The notes under the pieces are model-generated. The model ran no database searches. It had not been told where the DNA came from and worked only from the letters and a program-made list of their open reading frames with translations. The position numbers were made by a program, and so were the translations under genes. From Gammaproteobacteria bacterium (lineage in GTDB: Bacteria; Pseudomonadota; Gammaproteobacteria; Pseudomonadales; Azotimanducaceae): a stretch of DNA of 64,000 bases. Below, piece by piece: positions 54,261-62,276 of this stretch (the stretch's first letter is position 1; the number at the start of each line of letters is the position of its first letter). The stretch is from contig QJXZ01000089.1 of assembly GCA_003248125.1 (NCBI GenBank), forward strand, positions 3,995-67,994, read 5' to 3'.

Positions 54261-55115
54261 CTACTTGATTACACCTTCGGCCAATTTCTGCATGCCCTCG
54301 ATCGGGTTCATGCCCAGCGCCATGAGTGGCACCACCAGCCTACTGACGCCAAGTGCCGCAAACTCCTCGACCGCCGCAGTGCCGCCCCGCCCTGGCCACA
54401 TCGCAGTGATCTCGACCGTCGCTGGATCGCGATCCACCGCCTCGCATGCGGCCCGCAATGGCCCGAGATGACCGGCAAGCTCCGCCGCCGAACTCGACGG
54501 TGCGAACCAACCGTCCCCGTGCTGCGCAATGCGTTCGAAGATGCGGCCCTTGTTGCCGCCGATGATCACCGGCACGTGCGGCTTCTGCACCGGTACCGGA
54601 TAGCTCTTCCATCCAGACCAGTCGAGGAAGTCGCTGTGATGCTCGACCGTGGCGCCGGACCAGATCTTTTTCATACCAACCACGTAGTCGTCGAACCGCG
54701 CGCCGCGGCGCTCGAATGGCACGCCGAGCGCCTCGAACTCCTCGCGTAGCCAACCGATGCCGACGCCGAGCATGAATCGGCCGCCGGATACGACGTCGAG
54801 GCTAGCAGATTGCTTGGCCAAATAGATGGGGTTGACCTGCGACAGAATGTTCACGCCGGTGCCCAGTCGCAGCGTTTTCGTCGTCGCAGCAATGGCCGTC
54901 AGCGCGATGAGCGGATCAATGAAGTTCGTCTCCGGAGGCGCACCCATCTTGCCCGTATCGTTGTATGGGTACTTCGAATCGTAGTGCTCGGGCACTATCA
55001 CGTGCTCGAACGTCCATACCGATTCGAATCCCAACTGCTCTGCGTGTTGAGCGGTGCTGATCATTCGCGCGGCATCCGCGATGCCGATGTTGATGGGGAT
55101 CAGTCCGAATTTCAT
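54261..55115 (-). CDS. LLM-class (luciferase-like) flavin/F420-dependent oxidoreductase
   Basis: 284 aa. MKFGLIPIN..., AEQLGFESVWTFEHV, and an LGTGV-type segment. Confidence 0.82.
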   Translation of the reverse strand: MKFGLIPINIGIADAARMISTAQHAEQLGFESVWTFEHVIVPEHYDSKYPYNDTGKMGAPPETNFIDPLIALTAIAATTKTLRLGTGVNILSQVNPIYLAKQSASLDVVSGGRFMLGVGIGWLREEFEALGVPFERRGARFDDYVVGMKKIWSGATVEHHSDFLDWSGWKSYPVPVQKPHVPVIIGGNKGRIFERIAQHGDGWFAPSSSAAELAGHLGPLRAACEAVDRDPATVEITAMWPGRGGTAAVEEFAALGVSRLVVPLMALGMNPIEGMQKLAEGVIK

Positions 55116-55306
55116 GCTTACTCGCCCGCCGATGGTTAGGTACCGACAAAGCTAGCGGCGGGCGCCGACAAGAGCAATCACGCCGAGACGCGTCGCTTGC
55201 TGGCGAGTTTGGGGGCGCAGTCTTGCGATGTCAGGGCGGCTCAGCAGCAAGCGAGTTACACCAAAGCAAGCCGCGGAGGAGCGCACGCACTCCCCCGCGG
55301 CCCCAA

Positions 55307-55606
55307 CTACGCTGCCGCCGCCTTGGATGGACAACGATCGTCGGTCGTCGGATCGATCACATTGAGCACTTCGCAGATCCGCGTTGCCGGAAACCCGCTC
55401 AGACGCGCGTGCTCGTGAATCACACGCTCGTTTGCGGCGAGATAGATACAGAACGTCCGGTCCTGCGCGACATACGACTGCACCCATTGCACGTCGGGAG
55501 CGAGCTTCGCGAGCGCGTCGTTGGAGGTCGCTGCGGCGCCCGCCAGCTCCTCCCGGTTGAGACTACCGACTCCTGTGATCTGACGTTCAATTACGAACTT
55601 TCTCAT
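55307..55606 (-). CDS. DUF4242 domain protein
   Basis: 99 aa. MRKFVIERQITGVGSL...VQWVQSYVAQDRTFCIYLA...EHARLSGFPA fits my recollection of DUF4242. Confidence 0.65.
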   Translation of the reverse strand: MRKFVIERQITGVGSLNREELAGAAATSNDALAKLAPDVQWVQSYVAQDRTFCIYLAANERVIHEHARLSGFPATRICEVLNVIDPTTDDRCPSKAAAA

Positions 55607-55745
55607 GACTATTCCTCTCTAGCATTTTGATCAACGACCGACTATCGGTCGACGGGGAGCATCGTAGGCGGCACCTCAATGTCGCGCTTGGAGAGAACCT
55701 GGATTAACTTGGAGATTGCGCCCAGTAGTCAGAGTTGCTCGAGAA

Positions 55746-57305
55746 ATGTCGGAGATCTACCGCTTTGCCGATCTGGTACTGGACACCAGCTGCTTTCAGG
55801 TTCGCCGGGCCGGGCAAGTCGTTGCAACGCAGCCGCAGGTTTTCGACGTGTTGCACTACTTGGTCCGGCATCGCGATCGAGTGGTGAGCAAAGACGAGTT
55901 GCTCGAGCAGGTTTGGGCCGGTCGCTACATTTCGGAGACGACGCTCAGCAGCCGTATCAAGGCCGTTCGACAGCTCATCGGTGACACTGGCAAACAGCAG
56001 TTGTTGCTTCGAACACTTCGCCATCGGGGATTTCGCTTCGTCGCCGACGTGACGGTCGAGCTGAAGGATGCTAGTAGCATCGTCCAATCCTCAGATCAGA
56101 CGACCGCCTCGTCACGTGCAACAAGCGTAGCGGTACTGCCGTTCGATACTGCCGATCAAGATGCGAACGGACGATATGTCGGCGAGGGCATCGCGGCAGA
56201 CATCATCTCGTTGCTCGCCCGACATCATTGGCTGCGCGTGATCTCGCGCGGGTCGAGCTTCGCCTTCCGCACAGGTACCGCGACGCTCCGGCAGATCGGT
56301 GCTGCACTCGGCGTTCGTTATCTGGTTACCGGGCGCATCAGGCGACACGCCGGACGAGTTCGCATCGATGCCGAGCTTGCCGACTGCGATTCAGGAGTGC
56401 AGCTTTGGAGTGAAGGTTATGAGCGTGATGAGTCGGATCTCTTCGCGCTACAAGCAGAAATCGCGGCCCACCTTGCAGCGAGCATCGAGCCTCGATTGGG
56501 TGAGATCGAGCAACGTCTGGCCACGGCTAAGTCTCCGGCGGATCTAAGCGCGTGGGATTGCGTTCAACGTGGCCTATGGTACGTCTATCGATTCACGGCC
56601 AATGATCTTCGATCCGCCTTGACTTGGTTTCAACGAAGTCTCGAGATCGAGCCGGAACTGGCGCGTGCGCACGCGGGTTTCGCATACGCCGCGCTGCAAC
56701 TCTCCTTCTACGGCACTCGGGAAGAACGCGAACCGACACTGACCAAGGCCCTCACGTCCGCTCAGCGGGCCGTGTCTCTCGATCCAAGCGATGCATTCAA
56801 TCGCTTTGCACTCGGTCGCGCACTGACACTTGTCCTCGACTTCGGCGAGGCGGAGGCCGAGTTGCAAGCCGCAATCGAGCTGAACCCCAGCTTCGCACAA
56901 GCATGGTTTGCAATGGGATTCTGTTATTCGAATTCGGGCCGTCCTCGGGAAGCGATACCGCTGTTCGCGAAGGCGGTGGATTTGAGTCCGCAGGATCCGC
57001 ACCTGTGGACCTTCCACCATCTGCGCAGCCTAACGCACTACCGGCTCGACGACATGGCGGCAGCGGAATCGTTCGCGCGCGCCGCAGTTCGCAGGCCCAA
57101 TGCCACTTATTGGCCATTCGCGACGTTGGCCTCGATCTTGGGTCATATGGGTCGGCTCGACCAAGCTCGCGCCATCGGTGACCGCTTGCTGAAGATGAAG
57201 CCCGGATACGACCAGGCTACCTGCAGAGACGACTTCTTCTTCACGCGAGATGCTTCTTTCGTGGAACGCTACGTGGCGGGACTACGCGCAGCGCGCGTCT
57301 GGTAG
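55746..57305 (+). CDS. winged-helix (OmpR/CadC-type) DNA-binding protein with TolB-N-like and TPR regions
   Basis: MSEIYRFADLVLDTSCFQVRRAG...VFDVLHYLVRHRDRVVSKDELLEQVW...RIKAVRQLIGD (trans_reg_C), then SVAVLPFD and C-terminal TPR-like repeats. Confidence 0.8.
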   Translation: MSEIYRFADLVLDTSCFQVRRAGQVVATQPQVFDVLHYLVRHRDRVVSKDELLEQVWAGRYISETTLSSRIKAVRQLIGDTGKQQLLLRTLRHRGFRFVADVTVELKDASSIVQSSDQTTASSRATSVAVLPFDTADQDANGRYVGEGIAADIISLLARHHWLRVISRGSSFAFRTGTATLRQIGAALGVRYLVTGRIRRHAGRVRIDAELADCDSGVQLWSEGYERDESDLFALQAEIAAHLAASIEPRLGEIEQRLATAKSPADLSAWDCVQRGLWYVYRFTANDLRSALTWFQRSLEIEPELARAHAGFAYAALQLSFYGTREEREPTLTKALTSAQRAVSLDPSDAFNRFALGRALTLVLDFGEAEAELQAAIELNPSFAQAWFAMGFCYSNSGRPREAIPLFAKAVDLSPQDPHLWTFHHLRSLTHYRLDDMAAAESFARAAVRRPNATYWPFATLASILGHMGRLDQARAIGDRLLKMKPGYDQATCRDDFFFTRDASFVERYVAGLRAARVW

Positions 57306-57322
57306 CAGATTCACGGGACGGA

Positions 57323-58789
57323 TCATCCATCGGCAGCGACGCGCGTTTCGGCGAGATCGCGCGCCTCTAGCGCAGCGATGATTTCGGCGTGTCGCGCGCG
57401 ATCGATACGATACCCAAGATAGAACAGCATACCGATGATCGTGAAAATCGAAGTTGCGGGTCCCTCGAAGAAGCCGAGATTCCAGATCACATCGTCTGGC
57501 ACAGTGCCGGCACGCGCTCCCTTGGGGAAGTGGATGAAGTCCAGAATCGCGCCACCCACCACCACACCGAAGGCACCGGTTGCTTTCTGCGTGAACGAGC
57601 GCGCGGAGTAGATGATACCTTCGCGACGTTCACCGGTATCGAGCTCATGCTCGTCGGAGATGTCGGCAAACATCGAGTTCAGGGACGTGAAGATGATCGG
57701 CGCAAGCGCTGCGCCGACGAAGAGACGAAACATCAAGAGCGGCAAAATCCAGCCGGAATCGTTGGAGGGAAACCAGGAGACGTCGAGTAGCCGCAAGACA
57801 ATGAACAAATTGGAGTTGACGATCACGAAAATGGCAATTCCAACCACCGCCACCTTCTTGTCGAGCCACTTCGTAAACACTGGAGTAAGCGGGAGCGAGC
57901 ACAACAGGCCGACCAGGCCAACAATAGGCAGCAGCGACAGTTGCTCAGTCGTCAAACCCCAGAAGTGCACTCCGGAATAGGGACCAAACACGCCTTCGAC
58001 CGCGAGGGAGGTAGTCGACAGCAACATGCCGAAGAAGATCGCGCGGAACGACTTGTTGCGGAACAACTCCCTGAACTCCATCACCGTTCGTTTGAAGCCG
58101 AACCGTGGGTTCGCCCGAGGTTTTGGCAGATGCGGAATCTCCTTTCGCGTACCAACGACACAGATCAAGATGATCAACATGGCTGCGATGCCGAACGTGG
58201 CGCCAAAGCCGACGTAGCCGGCTGGGTTCAATAGTCCAGGGTTGAACTCCGCGGTGGTCGGGAAGAACACGCGATAAGCGAAGAATCCCGTAAACGCGCC
58301 GCCCAACGCGCCAAACAACGTGCTGAATGCGAACAACGTAGAGCGCTGATCGTACTGATGCGCCATCTCTGCGCCCAGCGCAAGATGGGGTACGTGATAG
58401 AACGTGAGCGCGCCGCGCACGAGTGTCGCGAACACCGTCAGCCAGAGGAAGTAGCCGAACTCGCTCAATCCATCGGGCGGATTGAATAGTGCAAACAGCG
58501 TGAGGCCGAGGGGGCCGGCGCTCGCGAGTAAAAATGGGTGCCGTCGTCCCCACCGTGTGCGCACCTTGTCGGAGATCGAACCGGCCAAAGGATCGCTGAA
58601 GGCATCGAACGCGAGTGCGATGGCCAACGCCAAGCCCGTGAGCGTGCCGGACACGCCGATCACTTGCTGATAGTAGAACAGCAGGAACGTGCCGAATGCC
58701 GCGTTCTTGATGCCCTCGGCCGCCTGCCCAATGCCGAACGCCGCCATCGTCGGCAAACTCAAGCGGCGTGACTGGCGTGCGCTCGTCAC
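57323..58789 (-). CDS. MFS transporter, glycoside-pentoside-hexuronide (GPH) cation symporter-like
   Basis: About 12 TM. FGIGQAAEGIKNAAFGTFLLFYY and DAFSDPLAGSISDKVRTRWGRRHPF are GPH hallmarks. GTG at 58789 preferred over the longer ORF. Confidence 0.82.
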   Translation of the reverse strand: MTSARQSRRLSLPTMAAFGIGQAAEGIKNAAFGTFLLFYYQQVIGVSGTLTGLALAIALAFDAFSDPLAGSISDKVRTRWGRRHPFLLASAGPLGLTLFALFNPPDGLSEFGYFLWLTVFATLVRGALTFYHVPHLALGAEMAHQYDQRSTLFAFSTLFGALGGAFTGFFAYRVFFPTTAEFNPGLLNPAGYVGFGATFGIAAMLIILICVVGTRKEIPHLPKPRANPRFGFKRTVMEFRELFRNKSFRAIFFGMLLSTTSLAVEGVFGPYSGVHFWGLTTEQLSLLPIVGLVGLLCSLPLTPVFTKWLDKKVAVVGIAIFVIVNSNLFIVLRLLDVSWFPSNDSGWILPLLMFRLFVGAALAPIIFTSLNSMFADISDEHELDTGERREGIIYSARSFTQKATGAFGVVVGGAILDFIHFPKGARAGTVPDDVIWNLGFFEGPATSIFTIIGMLFYLGYRIDRARHAEIIAALEARDLAETRVAADG

Positions 58790-59089
58790 TCTACTCCCCG
58801 ATACGTGCCGGCATTCATCCTGCACCGAAGCCGACGCGCTGCGGCCCGAATCGACGGAGGGATTCCACGTATGGCGCGAAGTCACGGACTGTGGTCCATC
58901 GGCGGCGGCACAGCGCCCGAGGACATACTACGAAGCGGCTCGATCGCGCGCGCTACCTCGCCCCCGCTCGGGTCCAAGGCAGCCTTGGTCGTCCTTCCCA
59001 GCCGCGGTTACTCGACCCCGCGCACGATGCCGGAACTCTTGCAACGCTTCGCAAACACCCGGTGTATGTCGGGTAGCGGACCTGCCAAC

Positions 59090-59713
59090 TTACGCCTTGT
59101 CCAGCCAAGCCGGGGCCGGCGGTAACTCTTCCCGCCAAGGATCGCCCGGAAACCATTGTCCTGCCACGTGCGCGGCGACTTTCTTGCCGTCGTATGTGAT
59201 CCACTTGGTGGGTTCGAGTTCGATGATCACACGCGTAGGCGTATCCAAGAATTGCTCGAACGCGGCGGCAGCTTGGTCGTTGCCGTTGTTCAGCTTCATC
59301 GCCAGTGCACGATAGAACCACGCCTTTACGGCAGGGTTGTCATCGTGCACCGTTGCCTTGCATTTCACCGTCAGCGTTTGATCACGACCGAACGGTGTGC
59401 CCTCGCTCGAGATAATCACCGCGCTTTTGCTGCGTTTCTTCAGTGCCGGCACACGCTTTCGTTGCCGTGCACATGTCACCCAGAACTTACCGTCGCGGAA
59501 CACGAAGCGATGCATCACGCCGACGGGCCAGCCGTCCTTCGTCGTCCACAGTACCGAACACTCGGACTGCAACTGCAGAAGGCGATCGATCTTGACCTGG
59601 TCCAACGGATATACCGACACGTCATCGTAGTTCGTCTTGGCCCGCTTGGCGTCCGCCATGGTGAGACTCGCAGATGGATGAGAATGGCGACCGTAGTCGA
59701 AGCACTCCGCCAA
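59090..59713 (-). CDS. pyridoxamine 5'-phosphate oxidase family protein
   Basis: 207 aa. Split-barrel-like SECSVLWTTKDGWPVGVMHRFVFRDGKFWVT. ATG at 59659 is an alternative start. Confidence 0.65.
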   Translation of the reverse strand: MAECFDYGRHSHPSASLTMADAKRAKTNYDDVSVYPLDQVKIDRLLQLQSECSVLWTTKDGWPVGVMHRFVFRDGKFWVTCARQRKRVPALKKRSKSAVIISSEGTPFGRDQTLTVKCKATVHDDNPAVKAWFYRALAMKLNNGNDQAAAAFEQFLDTPTRVIIELEPTKWITYDGKKVAAHVAGQWFPGDPWREELPPAPAWLDKA

Positions 59714-59827
59714 GTCACGGGCTGCCGGCAGAACTCTGCATTTCGATAGGTCACCTTTCGAGTATTCTGCTGCCCGGGGAATGACAACGAATCAGGCTAT
59801 TCAAGCCTACGAACGCGGAGTTGACTC

Positions 59828-60301
59828 GTGCCTGCAGCACCGACACCGGACGCCATCGCCGCCTTGGTCGGCCACGAATTTCCTGGCGGCGAATACACCA
59901 TCGCCCACTGGGAGAACTTCCTGTTGACCGAATGCACCGGGGCTGAGCCGCTGCCGGATGGGCTCGCCCATCCCGTTGCACTCTTCCATGTGCCGATTCT
60001 CGGCGCCAAAACGAGCATCAAAGAGATGTTCGAGTTGGGTCAGGCAGAATCCGATTTCTCGATCGGCATCGAGAGCTACGATTGGGAGATCTATCGCCCC
60101 CTGGAAGAGGAAGTGGCGTATCGGATCACCGGTCGCGTCACCGCAGCCGATCGGCGTTCTCAAGACGGCCGAACGTTCGACCGTATTCAGTTTCGCTTCG
60201 ATCTTGCCCAGCCCGACGGCGCGCCTGCAGCCCGCGCGACCATCACGTGGCATTACGGTAGGGGCCAAAGGCCCAACGCTCGAACGGGAGACGCGTCGTG
60301 A
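59828..60301 (+). CDS. hotdog-fold protein (MaoC-dehydratase N-terminal-like)
   Basis: 157 aa, GTG start. Its stop overlaps the start of the following MaoC gene. Call is tentative, from size, context and beta-rich pattern. Confidence 0.6.
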   Translation: MPAAPTPDAIAALVGHEFPGGEYTIAHWENFLLTECTGAEPLPDGLAHPVALFHVPILGAKTSIKEMFELGQAESDFSIGIESYDWEIYRPLEEEVAYRITGRVTAADRRSQDGRTFDRIQFRFDLAQPDGAPAARATITWHYGRGQRPNARTGDAS

Positions 60302-60705
60302 ACGTCGCTGTCGGCGACCAAATTCCCGATTGGGTGATGGAGAGCGTGAGCGCAGCACGCATGCGGACCATGGCCGCCATCTTGCGGGATCCGAACCCAG
60401 TACATTGGGACGCACGTGTGGTCGAACGCATAGGGTTCGGCCGACACACCATCAATCAAGGGCCGTTGGGCCTCAGCTACATGATCAACATGCTCCACGC
60501 ATGGACCGGCCCGAGGAGCATTCGACGCATCTTCATGCGCTTTCCATTGGTGGTCCTGGATGGTGACCGCATCACCGCGCGCGGCCGGGTCACTGCCATT
60601 CGCGAGGACAACGGCGAGCGTCTCGCGGATTGCGACATCTGGTTGCACCGAGACGGTAGCGAGCCGCCGCTCGCCGGCTCGGCCACCGTCGTCGTTCCCG
60701 ACTGA
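60298..60705 (+). CDS. MaoC-like (R)-hydratase/dehydratase
   Basis: 135 aa. AAILRDPNPVHWD and INQGPLGLSYM match the MaoC hydratase motif region. Confidence 0.8.
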   Translation: MNVAVGDQIPDWVMESVSAARMRTMAAILRDPNPVHWDARVVERIGFGRHTINQGPLGLSYMINMLHAWTGPRSIRRIFMRFPLVVLDGDRITARGRVTAIREDNGERLADCDIWLHRDGSEPPLAGSATVVVPD

Positions 60706-60724
60706 TTACCTGAGGGACTCACGC

Positions 60725-61498
60725 ATGGGCATGCACGAACGATTCCGCCTCGATGGCAAGGTTGCGGTGGTCACCGGTGGCGGTCGCGGCATCGGCCGCG
60801 GCATTGCGCTCGCAATGGCCGAGTGCGGCGCCGATGTGGTGGCGGTCGCTCGTCGACAGAACGATGTCGATACCGTTGCGCGCGAGATCGAGGCCCGTGG
60901 TCAGCGCGGTCTCGGCATCTCGGCGGACGTGTTGGACTTCGAATCGATACCGCGAGCGCTCGATCGAGTCGTCGCGGAGTTCGGCCGTCTCGACATCATG
61001 GTCAACAACGCGGGCGGCAATTTGGACCGTCGCACCTGGTCACTGCCGACAATTGCCCTCGAAAAGTTCAACGAGCAGCTTGCACTCAACATGACGAGCA
61101 AGTTCTGGGGAGCGCAGCAAGCTGCTGTACGCATGGCGGATGGCGGCCGCATCATCAACATCATCTCCATCGCCGCGCACCGACCGTCGCCCGGATTCGG
61201 CGTCTATTCCGCCGCCAACATGGGCATGATCAGCATGACCCGCACGTTGGCCGTGGAACTGGCGCCGCGCAAGATCACCGTCAACTGCATCGCGCCGGGT
61301 GTCGTCGTCACCGACATGCTGAAAGAAACGATGCACATCACTGACGAGCAGGCGCATGCCGCATTCGACAAAGCCATTCCGTTGGGCCGCACCGGCACGC
61401 CAGAGGACTGCGCCGCCGCCGCTGTGTTCTTCGCATCCCCTGCCGCGGAGTGGATTACAGGGCAGTTCATCGACGTGGCGGGTGGTCAGCCGACCTAG
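60725..61498 (+). CDS. SDR family oxidoreductase
   Basis: Inner ATG. VAVVTGGGRGIGRGIA (TGxxxGxG), NNAG, YSAANMG (YxxxK-type region), PGVVVTDM. Confidence 0.9.
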   Translation: MGMHERFRLDGKVAVVTGGGRGIGRGIALAMAECGADVVAVARRQNDVDTVAREIEARGQRGLGISADVLDFESIPRALDRVVAEFGRLDIMVNNAGGNLDRRTWSLPTIALEKFNEQLALNMTSKFWGAQQAAVRMADGGRIINIISIAAHRPSPGFGVYSAANMGMISMTRTLAVELAPRKITVNCIAPGVVVTDMLKETMHITDEQAHAAFDKAIPLGRTGTPEDCAAAAVFFASPAAEWITGQFIDVAGGQPT

Positions 61499-61594
61499 AG
61501 GGTCCGATCGACGCTGAGAATCCGTGCTGTGACGCAGCAAGCCGTCACCGATCTCGCAGTAAACTCCTCGAGATTTTCCATACGGAGTAACCGC

Positions 61595-62113
61595 ATGGAC
61601 CAATTGCAGGTGCTCGCCAACATGGCGGAAATCTTCAGCACGCTCACCATCATCGGCGGTGGCGTGTTTGCCGCGTTCCGGCTATCGGAGTTCAGACAAC
61701 GACGCCGATATCAAGTTGCGATGGAGCTGTGCCGCAAATTCTCCGATGCAGACTTGGGGCGCGCCGTGAATTTGATTCGCCGCCTGCCCGACGGCATCTC
61801 CGCGGAGACGCCTCACTCCATGGAGCCCGAGTATGAGGAATCTGCGCAGATCGTTGGCGTGGCATTCGAGACCATGGGCCTACTCGTGTACATGAACCTA
61901 GCCTCGTTTCAGCTCATCCAGCAACTCACCGGTGGATTGCTGCTGACAATGTGGCGCAAGCTCTCCGTGTGGTTCAGATCGACGCGCGAGGAAAGCGGCA
62001 ATCGCCGGTTCGGCGAATGGGTGCAATGGCTCGCCGAACGCCTGGAGGAAGAAGAGCGCGCGGTCGTTCCGGCATACGAGGCGTACGCGGCGTGGCAGCC
62101 GAAGCATCGATGA
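61595..62113 (+). CDS. hypothetical membrane-anchored protein (possibly DUF4760-like)
   Basis: Inner ATG with GGAG 7 nt upstream. N-terminal TM IFSTLTIIGGGVFAAF. Family assignment is uncertain. Confidence 0.5.
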   Translation: MDQLQVLANMAEIFSTLTIIGGGVFAAFRLSEFRQRRRYQVAMELCRKFSDADLGRAVNLIRRLPDGISAETPHSMEPEYEESAQIVGVAFETMGLLVYMNLASFQLIQQLTGGLLLTMWRKLSVWFRSTREESGNRRFGEWVQWLAERLEEEERAVVPAYEAYAAWQPKHR

Positions 62114-62276
62114 GTTGATGGCCAAAAACTCTTCCACGGTATCGACGCAGACGGATCGTCCAATGCTCCTTTTCTTGCCCTGCGTGCATGGAAGCCAATC
62201 GCAGCGAACAATGTCCTCGGTGACTAGGCGGGAACAGAAAAAGAATTCAAGCGCGTTCTGTCTAGGAATCGCATAG

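Noticed and set aside
55635-55651. Palindrome CGACCGA-CTA-TCGGTCG in the divergent region between the DUF4242 gene and the winged-helix regulator. A GC-rich hairpin also lies near 55270..55299.
   Set aside because: They are short and GC-rich in a GC-rich genome, so chance occurrence is plausible. No supporting promoter geometry was found.
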